IMG/VR virus record: IMGVR_UViG_3300010413_000011
Location: 1 to 64,000 of that record
Reading direction: 5' to 3' (one strand)
DNA length: 64,000 bases
From: a virus
The position numbers and the translations under genes were made by a program. Numbering within the stretch: position 1 is the first letter of the stretch; each line of letters opens with the position of its first letter. Shown piece after piece: positions 55,298 to 64,000 of this stretch. The notes under the pieces were generated by a model. That model saw nothing but the letters and a program-made list of their open reading frames with translations, made no database searches and was not told where the DNA came from.

Positions 55298-55837
55298 ATG
55301 CCAGGTCCTAAATTTCCAATATTAGTGGACGAGAACTATCGGAAGTGTCCAGAGTGCGGTTCAATTTTGGTCCGACTGTCAAAAGATCCGCCCGATTATT
55401 GTGACAACTGTGGATGGACTGAGAAGCAAGTCGGTGAATACCCAGGTTCGTTAAAAGCAGAAGCTATTGAAATTTTAGAAAATGGTCCTGAAGTTTCTGT
55501 CTATCTTTTTATTGATCAACTAGGAGGATTTCTTTGGCGAACACATCATGATGCTGCTCACGGGCGAATCAAAATAACTGAAAAATTACAAAAGGACATA
55601 ACTAATACTCAATATGCCGTAGAATATGCTGTATTGAAATCTAGAAGATTCGGAGTAGAAATCGAGACACCGGAAAAAGGGAAACATATAGTTCGTACAG
55701 AGTCATATAATAAATGGTTTAGATGGTGGGATGACTACGTTAGCGGGCTGTTAGAGGAACAGTTCCGAGACCTAGATCATCTACTGGCTACCAATCAAGA
55801 CGTCTCAATGTATCGACCGAAAGGCGATTGGAAATAA
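55298..55837 (+). CDS. Hypothetical protein with N-terminal zinc ribbon
   Basis: CPECG...CDNCG. Confidence 0.6.
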   Translation: MPGPKFPILVDENYRKCPECGSILVRLSKDPPDYCDNCGWTEKQVGEYPGSLKAEAIEILENGPEVSVYLFIDQLGGFLWRTHHDAAHGRIKITEKLQKDITNTQYAVEYAVLKSRRFGVEIETPEKGKHIVRTESYNKWFRWWDDYVSGLLEEQFRDLDHLLATNQDVSMYRPKGDWK

Positions 55838-55881
55838 AAACGGGTCAAGAAGAAATTCTGGATAAGTTGAAGGAGTAAAAA

Positions 55882-56814
55882 ATGGGAGGTATTTTCGATG
55901 GCAAGAAGCGATGGCATGTTCCAGATACGAAACCTAAGAATCTGAAAGAGTTATTACCGAGAACATCGATCAATAAAAAAATCGGTATATTAATTCAATA
56001 CCGGAACCGATGTCATTACGTTGAGATGTGTTTAACTCGCATCTTAGCGAACACTACTTATCCTTGGAGGAACATTAGTCTTGTGTTAGTCGACGACGAC
56101 TCTGACAATTGGGTTACGGAACGAATCGCAGCCCTTGTCGAACAACACCACGAAAAACGAATAAGACTAATTAAAAATAAAAAAAGACGAGGCACGACGC
56201 CTTCGTTTATCGATTTCCTAGAGGAGTATTCTGATCATGACTTTCTAGTCAAGTTAGACAGCGACCTTCTGGTTTGCCGAGGATGGTTATCGGCCGCGGT
56301 CGATTGGCTAAACAAACATCCTGACGTATCGCTCGCCAATTTTAGGCTGACTTACTTAGCAAGGGAACCAAAACCGGACGACCCATGGATTACATACCTT
56401 GACAATTTGAACGGTGCTCTTATTTTTCGGAACTCCTTAATTCCTTTAATCGATATGACCACCGATGGGAAATGGGAGTTCTGGACGGACGCCAATTGGC
56501 AAAGAAAATTGAGTAGCGAAAATCATTTGTTGGCGATCATGCCGATCGACGTCGAGCACATAGATGGTACTCCGGTATTCGGTGCCTTTGGTTCAGTTTG
56601 GGAGAAGGGTCCTCACCCGTTGTGGTTAGGCAACCGGCAAAATAAATTGGAGGGTACCGAGCAGATTGGACCAATTTTTACGAACCAACTCGAGTCCTAT
56701 GCGGACTTCAATCCAGAGGACGCCTGGCCTCGAGCACGAGAAATTCGGCATGGTAAGCGAATGGGCGAGTATCAACTAAAAGTTAAGGCACGAGAAGGAG
56801 AACTCATTAAATGA
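55882..56814 (+). CDS. GT2-family glycosyltransferase
   Basis: LVDDDSD, KLDSD (DxD) and D...H motifs. Confidence 0.8.
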   Translation: MGGIFDGKKRWHVPDTKPKNLKELLPRTSINKKIGILIQYRNRCHYVEMCLTRILANTTYPWRNISLVLVDDDSDNWVTERIAALVEQHHEKRIRLIKNKKRRGTTPSFIDFLEEYSDHDFLVKLDSDLLVCRGWLSAAVDWLNKHPDVSLANFRLTYLAREPKPDDPWITYLDNLNGALIFRNSLIPLIDMTTDGKWEFWTDANWQRKLSSENHLLAIMPIDVEHIDGTPVFGAFGSVWEKGPHPLWLGNRQNKLEGTEQIGPIFTNQLESYADFNPEDAWPRAREIRHGKRMGEYQLKVKAREGELIK

Positions 56815-57134
56815 AACAGATTAAAGAAGGTAAGGTAAAAAAAGGAGGAATCAACAATCCTCCGACAACACCTCGTCCTGCTCCGCCGAAAGGACGAGGG
56901 GGAAAGGAAAGAGGAAATGTTATGAAAACTGTTTTGGAATTGTTGATTGAGTTGTTACAAAGAATAAGTTCGGGAGAATTCAAAAACGTTCCGCGCCAAC
57001 TAAGTCAGGTTTTAGAAATCAAAAGCGGACAACCGGCCGATACAGGATGGCTTGTGGAAATAACAGACGAAGACAAGTATCGATTTGAGTATAGTAAAAT
57101 CGACGGTGAGTGGGATTGGAGACATATCAGATAA
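56811..57134 (+). CDS. Hypothetical protein
   Basis: ATGA coupling to the upstream gene; KKGGIN.PP..PRP motif. Confidence 0.5.
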   Translation: MKQIKEGKVKKGGINNPPTTPRPAPPKGRGGKERGNVMKTVLELLIELLQRISSGEFKNVPRQLSQVLEIKSGQPADTGWLVEITDEDKYRFEYSKIDGEWDWRHIR

Positions 57135-58183
57135 TGAAAATAGCAGTATTTACAGATCTCCACGCTCATAACTATCGGTACTTTTCAGAACCGACACACG
57201 ACGGGCTCAACTCTCGACTCCTCGAGGCGATGGAAGCCGTTCTCTATATTGCCGGCATCGCCCGAGAGGAGGGTTGTAAGTATTTGATCTTCGCCGGGGA
57301 CTGGTTCGAGGAAGGAAAGAAAGTCGACGCCGACATCCTTTGGTTTAGTAGTCGACTTTTAAAAGAGGTCTCCAAGTGGTTTAGCGAGGTCATATTAATA
57401 CCTGGCAACCATGACTTTTTCCAGTTTGTCCGGGGTCGAACTCTACTCGAGAATTTTCACTCTGGCAACATACGAGTAATATCGAAACCTACAACTCTAG
57501 TTTTCTCGAGTTGTTTTATTTATTTGTTTCCATTTTCTTTAACGTTCCAAGATGATCTCGAGGAGGCGATGAGAAAGGCACCCGGTAAGGATAGAGCATG
57601 GATATCGATTGCTCACGCCGGAACTGACAATGTCTCCTTTTATTGTCAAGGGGATACGGTATTGACTAATCCGGTCTCTCATAAACTTTTTGATCGGTTC
57701 GATTTAACCCTTCTGGGTCATTATCATATTCGACAAGCAATAACCAATAGGATAAAATATATTGGCGCTTGTCGTTGTCGAAACTTTAAAGATGAAGGAG
57801 TATCACCAGGTTTTGAAATTGTCAATGTTGGTCGTGACCATCTAATGACCCAGCCTTTTGATTTAGATATGTTGCCTACGTTCAAAACTGTTAATGTAGA
57901 TTCCGATGACGACCTCCCGATCATAACTCGACAAAAAGAGTTTGTCAGGATTAAGGCTGCTACTCCTCTTTTAGAAAGGCGAGCCCGAGAGCTTCACCCT
58001 AATATTCCTATCGTCTCTGGTAGAGCGATTGAGAAAAAAGAATCGCGACCCGTTGAACAATTTTTATCTCTATCAGACGCGATGGTCCAATTTATTGATA
58101 AGGCAAAAAAGGCTGGGGCCTGCGAAGACCTAAGTACTCGTCGATTAAAATTACTTGGTCAATATTGTTTAAATAGGATCTAA
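57134..58183 (+). CDS. sbcD: Mre11/SbcD-like metallophosphoesterase nuclease
   Basis: DLH, GD, GNHD, AH and GHYH motifs; upstream of a Rad50-like gene. Confidence 0.9.
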   Translation: MKIAVFTDLHAHNYRYFSEPTHDGLNSRLLEAMEAVLYIAGIAREEGCKYLIFAGDWFEEGKKVDADILWFSSRLLKEVSKWFSEVILIPGNHDFFQFVRGRTLLENFHSGNIRVISKPTTLVFSSCFIYLFPFSLTFQDDLEEAMRKAPGKDRAWISIAHAGTDNVSFYCQGDTVLTNPVSHKLFDRFDLTLLGHYHIRQAITNRIKYIGACRCRNFKDEGVSPGFEIVNVGRDHLMTQPFDLDMLPTFKTVNVDSDDDLPIITRQKEFVRIKAATPLLERRARELHPNIPIVSGRAIEKKESRPVEQFLSLSDAMVQFIDKAKKAGACEDLSTRRLKLLGQYCLNRI

Positions 58184-58184
58184 A

Positions 58185-59981
58185 ATGAAAATACTCTCGG
58201 TCCATATTAGGAATTTCCTTTCCTATAAAAAATCTGACTTGAGTTTAGATGGGCGAGGGCTCTGTGTTGTCTTGGGCGAGAAGGACACGGGAGGGTCCAA
58301 TGGAGCCGGCAAGTCAGCGCTATTTGAATCTATCTATTGGTGTCTGTTTGGTCGCACTATAAGAGACCTATCACCCGACGAAATTGTTAACAACAAAGTA
58401 AAAAAGAATTGTCGAGTCTCTGTTGTCTTGGAAACCGAGTCCGGCACGAAGGCTAAAATTACTCGTTATCGAGGACACTTCGAATATAAAAATTCAGTCT
58501 CAATTAAATACGACGACCATAAAAAAATTCGATACGGAACAACCGACGGCAACCGTGCCATCAATCTTCTTGTTGGCATGAGTCCCCAGACTTTTCTTCG
58601 GTCGGTCATGTTAGGTCAGGGAGGAATTTTTTCTAAACCTTTCGCAGAGTGTACGGACAAAGAGAGAAAAGATATTCTCGAGTACTTAGTACTAGACCCG
58701 GAGAAATTAAAAGAGCTGTCGCAGATTGCCAAACAAGAAAGAAACGATCGACAAAAGGAGATCGATAAAATACAAAATGATATTGAAGTCTGTGTGATGA
58801 TGAGTGCTCATCTATCGGAACAAATTACTGAACAGAAGGATAGAATAAAAGATTGGGAAGAGAAACAAAAGAAAAAAATAAAAGAACTACAAAAGAAAGT
58901 AGACGAATTTTCAGAGGTTCGAACAGTACCAGAGATTAAAAGGGAACTCGACCGCCTCGAGGCAGACATGAGTCATGCCGACAAACAGAACTCAAGAGGG
59001 TCGGTTATTCTAGATAAGCTGAATAAAAAATTGGCAAGAGAAGAGGCACGACTAACAGGTTGGAAAAGAATCCTAACAACTAAAAAGAAACTTATTGCAG
59101 ATAAAAACTGTCCGACCTGCGGTCAATCTACAAAGGCTCTAAAGAAATCATTCGATTTAAAAATTCTCCCTGCCTTAATTAGAGCTGCACAGGGAGATGT
59201 GGAGGATCTAGAATATTTGTTTGAATATGTTCGAACTCTTAAACATGAATTTCAATCAGAAGTAGAAAATTCTCGACCTATCCATATCGATCTCGAGGCA
59301 GAGAAGGAAGTCGCTATTGATGCGGCCTATCAGCGCAACGAACTCGAGGCGGCTATAAAGGAATTGAATCCGTATACCGATGCCACCGACTCGCTTCGTA
59401 AACAACTAAAAGAAAATCGAGTCAAGAAAAAAGAGTTAAAACGATCCAAAGAGAAAAAAGAAGTCGAGTTGAGGCATTGGGAATTTTGGGTTCAGGCGTG
59501 GAGTGACCGAGGTATCAAAGCCTTGATATTGGAGTCAGTGTTACCGTTGCTCGAGGAATATACTAACTATTACGTATCTCTTTTGGCAGACGATAAACTA
59601 ACCGTAACTTTTGATGTGGATGTAAAGGACGCGAAAGAGAAATTTGTGGTTAAGGCAAAAAATGAAGACGGTGCCGATGTCTACCGTGGTAACAGTGGAG
59701 GAGAAAAACAAAGAGTGGACCTAGCGATTTACTTTGCATTAGGTTCAATTTCGGCTCTTCAACAAAAGGAACCCATGCGAACAATGTTTATTGACTGCGG
59801 TCGTTTGGGCGAACTCGACGAAGAGGGACTCGAGGAGTTAGTCAGACTCCTTGAGACCGAGGTCTCGAAGAAGTACGACACGATACTAATTGTTTCACAT
59901 ATGAGAAGAGTCGAAGATTTAATCGAAGATCAAATAACGATAAGGAAAATTAAAGGAGTATCGGAGGTGTACAATGGCTGA
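58185..59981 (+). CDS. sbcC: Rad50/SbcC-like ATPase
   Basis: NFLSY, GSNGAGKS, coiled coil with CPTC zinc hook, SGGEKQR signature, VSH. Confidence 0.92.
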   Translation: MKILSVHIRNFLSYKKSDLSLDGRGLCVVLGEKDTGGSNGAGKSALFESIYWCLFGRTIRDLSPDEIVNNKVKKNCRVSVVLETESGTKAKITRYRGHFEYKNSVSIKYDDHKKIRYGTTDGNRAINLLVGMSPQTFLRSVMLGQGGIFSKPFAECTDKERKDILEYLVLDPEKLKELSQIAKQERNDRQKEIDKIQNDIEVCVMMSAHLSEQITEQKDRIKDWEEKQKKKIKELQKKVDEFSEVRTVPEIKRELDRLEADMSHADKQNSRGSVILDKLNKKLAREEARLTGWKRILTTKKKLIADKNCPTCGQSTKALKKSFDLKILPALIRAAQGDVEDLEYLFEYVRTLKHEFQSEVENSRPIHIDLEAEKEVAIDAAYQRNELEAAIKELNPYTDATDSLRKQLKENRVKKKELKRSKEKKEVELRHWEFWVQAWSDRGIKALILESVLPLLEEYTNYYVSLLADDKLTVTFDVDVKDAKEKFVVKAKNEDGADVYRGNSGGEKQRVDLAIYFALGSISALQQKEPMRTMFIDCGRLGELDEEGLEELVRLLETEVSKKYDTILIVSHMRRVEDLIEDQITIRKIKGVSEVYNG

Positions 59982-60882
59982 CGAAAAAATATATTTATAT
60001 ACTCATACCGACCTGGACGGCGCAGGTTGTGCCATTGTCGCACGAGCTGTGTTCGGAAACAGTATTCAAATTTTTTACTGCGACTACTCGACTTTCGACA
60101 AAAAAATAAAGTCCGATATCCGAGAAATGCCTCATGATTCATCGGTATATATGGCGGACATTTGTCCTAATGACGAGAAGACTCTTCGTATTATTCGAAA
60201 ATATATGAAGGCAAAGAATCTAAACGTCATTATCTACGACCATCATATTTCAAAAGAACCTTTGGCTAATAGATTTAAATTCCTCACTGTCGATACAAGT
60301 CACTGTGGAACGAAGTTGTTAGCAGATCATTTACTAGCCGGTCAACGTCTAAATCTAAATACTTTCGCTCAAATTATCGACGTTTATGACCGATGGCTTT
60401 TGAAGGATCCGTTACGACCTCACTCTGAAAAAATGAATCAACTATTCAATTTTATGGGTATGGACAGATTTGTTGAAAGAGGTCCTAGACCAGAATTAAC
60501 CGATGAAGAACAGGAGTTAGTCAAAACTCTTCAAGAGAGAAAAGATCGTTCAATCTATTTCGCGAAGAAGACCGCTGTATTACTCGAGGACTACAAGGGA
60601 AGACTTTTTATGTTTGTCCCTTCTTCTATCTACGCGGGCGATGTTGCGGACGCTTTGTTACCCAAAAAAGGAAAAACAAAGTACGCCATGTTCGTTGACT
60701 TTGGTAGATACGAAGTTAGTTTGAGATCTCGAGATCCCAATTTTGATGTCAGTAAGATCGCCGCTCGTAAAGGAGGAGGCGGACATCCAGGTGCGGCAGG
60801 GTTTCCGATAAAAGGAAACGAAAAGTTCGTTTGGAAATATTTCCGACTCTATATGGAATATCGAAGTGAGATGATGAAATGA
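59974..60882 (+). CDS. DHH/DHHA1 phosphoesterase
   Basis: HTDLDG, DHH, SLRS, GGGGHPGAAG. Confidence 0.9.
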   Translation: MADEKIYLYTHTDLDGAGCAIVARAVFGNSIQIFYCDYSTFDKKIKSDIREMPHDSSVYMADICPNDEKTLRIIRKYMKAKNLNVIIYDHHISKEPLANRFKFLTVDTSHCGTKLLADHLLAGQRLNLNTFAQIIDVYDRWLLKDPLRPHSEKMNQLFNFMGMDRFVERGPRPELTDEEQELVKTLQERKDRSIYFAKKTAVLLEDYKGRLFMFVPSSIYAGDVADALLPKKGKTKYAMFVDFGRYEVSLRSRDPNFDVSKIAARKGGGGHPGAAGFPIKGNEKFVWKYFRLYMEYRSEMMK

Positions 60883-61616
60883 AAAGATTAAAAGTCTTAG
60901 GTGTTGACCCATCACTTAACGGAACTGCCCTTGTAGTTCTGGCGGTGGGTCCTCATCCGAAAAATTATGAGATGGTCGACGCCATTGTTTTCAGCGATAA
61001 CAAGCAAGCTCAGAAGTTAAAGTATGTCAGACCTCTTGACATTTCGACTTATGACAGCGAACAGACTCAACTCGACCGAGCGCACTTAGTCGGTTGTGCC
61101 ATCTATGATCTTTGGAATAAACATGAAACCATAAGTCATTGTGGAATAGAAGGGTACGCGTACGGCATGCGCCAAAAGAGTCGAGCTGTTTATCAACTAG
61201 GAGAAGTGATTGGTCATATAAAAAGGACTGTATATGAAATAGGGTTTCCGTTTCAGGTCCTGCCGCCGACCAAGGTTAAACAATTCGTCACAGGGAACGC
61301 GCATGCTAACAAGGCTTCCATGATGGTAAGTGTCGCGAAACATTATGGAATGGATTTCGAACCATGGTTGATTAATACAACTGTTACTCCAGGTTTCGAT
61401 TTGGCTGATGCCTATTCGGTTGCTCGAGTTATTTCGACTAAAGTTTTAATACATCGAGGAGTCTTGAGTGTAAGAGATTCAATGGATGTCTCGGCTAATG
61501 AGAAGAAGGCTTTAATGACGGCGCCTAAAGGATCGTCGTCTATATTCGATACGCCCTTCACTAGACTATCGAGAAAAAGAATCTGGATTAAAGTAAAGGA
61601 GGAAAGTAATGGCTAA
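60879..61616 (+). CDS. RuvC-like Holliday junction resolvase
   Basis: GVDPSLNGT, IEGY, PTKVKQFVTG..ANK, DLADA. Confidence 0.85.
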   Translation: MKRLKVLGVDPSLNGTALVVLAVGPHPKNYEMVDAIVFSDNKQAQKLKYVRPLDISTYDSEQTQLDRAHLVGCAIYDLWNKHETISHCGIEGYAYGMRQKSRAVYQLGEVIGHIKRTVYEIGFPFQVLPPTKVKQFVTGNAHANKASMMVSVAKHYGMDFEPWLINTTVTPGFDLADAYSVARVISTKVLIHRGVLSVRDSMDVSANEKKALMTAPKGSSSIFDTPFTRLSRKRIWIKVKEESNG

Positions 61617-62679
61617 ACACCCTCACGTTATTGTTGTTTGCGTTGACGCGCTCCGGAAAGATCACATGCCGAAGATGCCGATTCTTCGAGGAATGGCGGC
61701 ACAAGGAATTTCTTTCGAACGGCATACGGCGACCAACGACTATACTCTGCCTGCGGTAGCTACTCTATTGACCGGGTTGTTGGCTTCCGATCACGGAGTA
61801 TATCGGTTCAGTTCCGAACTAGATGACAAAATACCAACACTGTCTCCTCTCGGTGTAACAACCTTCCCAGAAGTTTTTCAATCGGTGGGTTACAATACTG
61901 CCGCGGTCGTACCCGGCGGCTGGACGAGTGCTCAGTTTGGTTTTAATCGAGGATTCAAAGATTATCTCGAGTTACCAAACCGAGTTCGCCAAGAGTCGTT
62001 AAAACTCTTAAAGGATTTGTTAAAGTCTCAACATCCGATGTTACTCTACATTCATTTGTTAGAGGTTCATGACTGGTTCAAACATACCCAAATCACAATT
62101 CAAGAGTGGAAGAAAAAAGCCTTTGAGAGAACCTTAACTCGAGAAGATCAGATCGCTGCTATGTCGGCGTACGGATCGATGTGTTCTCTGGTAGACGATT
62201 TCTTACTCGAGTTGGTCGAGTTGTTACCAGAACACAAAGAAACCTTTGTGTTGGTAACCGCCGATCACGGCGAAGGTTTTGGAGAAGGACACCCGAGTCA
62301 TTTCCACCATGACGTTATTTGTCCGAGGACCAGGCAGTTAACCCATATTCCGTTCGTCATATATTCAACCAATCCAAAAACATTTCAAGCTGAAGGCGGG
62401 TTCAAAGTCTTCTCGAGGACCTGGGATTATGATTTCGCTCCCACAATCCTTCATCTTTTAACGATGGCTATACCGTTCAGGTCTGAAGGAGTAAATTTGT
62501 TCGCGAGTCTTTCGGCTGAACTCTTTCAAAGACAAAGTAACATCTATAAACACATTCCCAGACTGGGCTTGACCGAGGATCTTGGCGATGGTTATTCTTA
62601 TGAGGAGGTCGACGACAAAGGAGTCATCGAGAAACAACTACAAGGCCTTGGTTACATAGATGAAGACAAAGAACATTAA
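61609..62679 (+). CDS. Sulfatase-like (alkaline phosphatase superfamily) enzyme with Thr at the nucleophile position
   Basis: DALRKDH, YTLPAVATLLTG, RGF, H...VH, TADHGE, HIP, D.APT, C-terminal LQGLGY. Confidence 0.85.
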   Translation: MAKHPHVIVVCVDALRKDHMPKMPILRGMAAQGISFERHTATNDYTLPAVATLLTGLLASDHGVYRFSSELDDKIPTLSPLGVTTFPEVFQSVGYNTAAVVPGGWTSAQFGFNRGFKDYLELPNRVRQESLKLLKDLLKSQHPMLLYIHLLEVHDWFKHTQITIQEWKKKAFERTLTREDQIAAMSAYGSMCSLVDDFLLELVELLPEHKETFVLVTADHGEGFGEGHPSHFHHDVICPRTRQLTHIPFVIYSTNPKTFQAEGGFKVFSRTWDYDFAPTILHLLTMAIPFRSEGVNLFASLSAELFQRQSNIYKHIPRLGLTEDLGDGYSYEEVDDKGVIEKQLQGLGYIDEDKEH

Positions 62680-62689
62680 GGAGGAAACA

Positions 62690-62863
62690 ATGAAAAATTG
62701 GGTTTGTACCGTTATTGCTGCTATATTGCCTGAGCGAGTCGTTTATTTTGTGGCGATTCGGTTAGGCGCTTACGCTACAACAGGAAAATATTCGGATACG
62801 GTCGTTCCAGAGCTTCCCTTTATGGAAGCTATCAAACGATGGGAAAAAGACAAACTAAAATAA
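62690..62863 (+). CDS. Small hypothetical protein
   Basis: AGGAGG RBS before ATG 62690. Confidence 0.55.
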   Translation: MKNWVCTVIAAILPERVVYFVAIRLGAYATTGKYSDTVVPELPFMEAIKRWEKDKLK

Positions 62864-62881
62864 AAAAGGAGGAAAAAGGAA

Positions 62882-63199
62882 ATGGAAAACTCAAACACAT
62901 GGTTGGTGGTTGCTGTCGTTGTATTGGCGGTCTACTCGTTTCTATCTACAGCAATTCTGATGTTCACCATCGGAAAGTACAACAACATCAACAGTTGGGA
63001 AGACGCCAAGGATCTCTTTGAAAAGGAAAAGGATCGAATCCTCGAGGAGGCGGAGAAGAAGGGACGTGACAAAGTCATCACTCTTCTCCAAGAGGAGTTC
63101 AAACCTCTTGGAATAAAAATCGTCGATGGCGGAGGAGGAGAGAAACCAAAAGTGGTTCACGAACCAATAAAAGTTTCGGGAGATAAGGAAGCAACATAA
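62882..63199 (+). CDS. Single-TM membrane protein
   Basis: N-terminal hydrophobic helix; RBS. Confidence 0.6.
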   Translation: MENSNTWLVVAVVVLAVYSFLSTAILMFTIGKYNNINSWEDAKDLFEKEKDRILEEAEKKGRDKVITLLQEEFKPLGIKIVDGGGGEKPKVVHEPIKVSGDKEAT

Positions 63200-63240
63200 A
63201 AGGCTAATTGAGGCCTAAATAAAAAAGGAGGTAAAAGGAA

Positions 63241-63558
63241 ATGGCAAGTATAACAGATGTCGCTCGTGAGGCTGGCGTCAAAAGAGATGATGTAAAGAAA
63301 GTGATGAACGCTATCACCGGTATCGTTCGCAGGGGCGAACGGGTCACTTTCAAAGAGTTCGGCACCTTCTTTCCCAGGACCAGGAAGGCCAGGACTGCGC
63401 GGAACCCGAGGACGGGAGACTCCGTCAAGGTCCCGTCCAAAACCAAGATGGCATTCCGGACCAAGGTCGAGTTGAAAGACACGGCCAAGAAAAAGAAGGG
63501 AAAAAAGAAGCTCACCAAAGAGAAGGCCAAAAAGGCCGGCAAGAAAAAGAAGAAGTAA
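63241..63558 (+). CDS. hup: HU/IHF-family DNA-binding protein with Lys-rich tail
   Basis: GERVTFKEFGTF..RKARTARNPRTG..F motif. Confidence 0.92.
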   Translation: MASITDVAREAGVKRDDVKKVMNAITGIVRRGERVTFKEFGTFFPRTRKARTARNPRTGDSVKVPSKTKMAFRTKVELKDTAKKKKGKKKLTKEKAKKAGKKKKK

Positions 63559-63582
63559 TAATTTACCAGGTGGGCTTATCCT

Positions 63583-63622
63583 AAAAGTGGTCGGCCACCC
63601 AGGTGGTCGGCCACTCTTTTTT
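63583..63622 (+). terminator. Intrinsic terminator after HU
   Basis: AGTGGTCGGCCAC-CCAG-GTGGTCGGCCACT hairpin (with G-U pairs) followed by CTTTTTT. Confidence 0.8.
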
Positions 63623-63638
63623 AAGAGGAGAAATTGGA

Positions 63639-64000
63639 ATGAAGATCGATACAACAAAATTAATGAGATTGTGGTGCTCGAGTGTTGATGGCGAAATTTA
63701 TCCTCTGCCAGACGGACCGGTCACGGAAGCTGTTCCCGAAAAGTTCGAGTACTACCATAGTCGACTTCCGCTCCAAATTGAAGAGCACGTTCACCGAAGA
63801 GTTTTCCAAAAGGATGTCGACGGTTGCGACCACCCAGACGAACTCGTTCGACCGACCGACGGTTGGATTGAAGGCTGGGAAGGCAGACAGTGTATGAAGT
63901 GCTACGGTACCCAATCGAAAAAAGTCGAGGACGAATGGCCTGACTTCTGGGATGCGGACGAGATGATCAGGATCTTTGTTGGCATGGTCGGTGTCCATGA
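63639..64000 (+). CDS. Hypothetical protein (3' partial, absent from the ORF track)
   Basis: GAGGAG RBS, ATG 63639, open frame MKIDTTKLMRLWCSS... running off the window. Confidence 0.6.
   Translation, partial: MKIDTTKLMRLWCSSVDGEIYPLPDGPVTEAVPEKFEYYHSRLPLQIEEHVHRRVFQKDVDGCDHPDELVRPTDGWIEGWEGRQCMKCYGTQSKKVEDEWPDFWDADEMIRIFVGMVGVH

Noticed and set aside
63157-63998. Minus-strand ORFs and the 63682-63897 ORF at the window end
   Set aside because: They are antisense or alternate-frame to HU and to the RBS-led partial gene starting at 63639.

Overview
The window is almost entirely a tailed dsDNA bacteriophage of siphovirus type. No integrase, CRISPR array or tRNA was seen. Bases 1-28.7 kb are the virion and lysis module: terminase C-terminus, portal, MuF, XkdF-type protease fused to extra enzyme domains, scaffold, major capsid, neck genes interrupted by a triple glycosyltransferase, tail tube, chaperones with a -1 frameshift, tape measure, tail tip proteins, CHAP endolysin, holin and a spanin-like gene. 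Bases 28.7-64 kb are replication, recombination and nucleotide metabolism: region-2-only sigma factor, SF2 helicase, primase-helicase, UDG-PolA, gp32-like SSB, 5'-3' exonuclease, class II RNR, RecA, Mre11/Rad50, DHH, RuvC-like resolvase and HU. The standout is a tightly coupled cluster at 42.6-51.8 kb, between the exonuclease and the RNR: radical SAM, aldehyde:ferredoxin oxidoreductase (AOR), 4Fe-4S subunit, UbiD decarboxylase, a ThyX-fold protein with altered active-site motifs, and two DpdA/TGT-like paralogues. No folE/queCDE genes are visible in the window. A second cassette (PRTase, P-loop kinase, a third TGT-like protein, dUTPase), a PolA with unusual active-site residues, extra GT2 and sulfatase-like genes, and apparent TCGA over-representation accompany it. 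Together these suggest a possibly undescribed, oxygen-independent DNA base modification system in a phage of an anaerobe. That conclusion is inference. All family assignments come from motifs read by eye, not from database searches.
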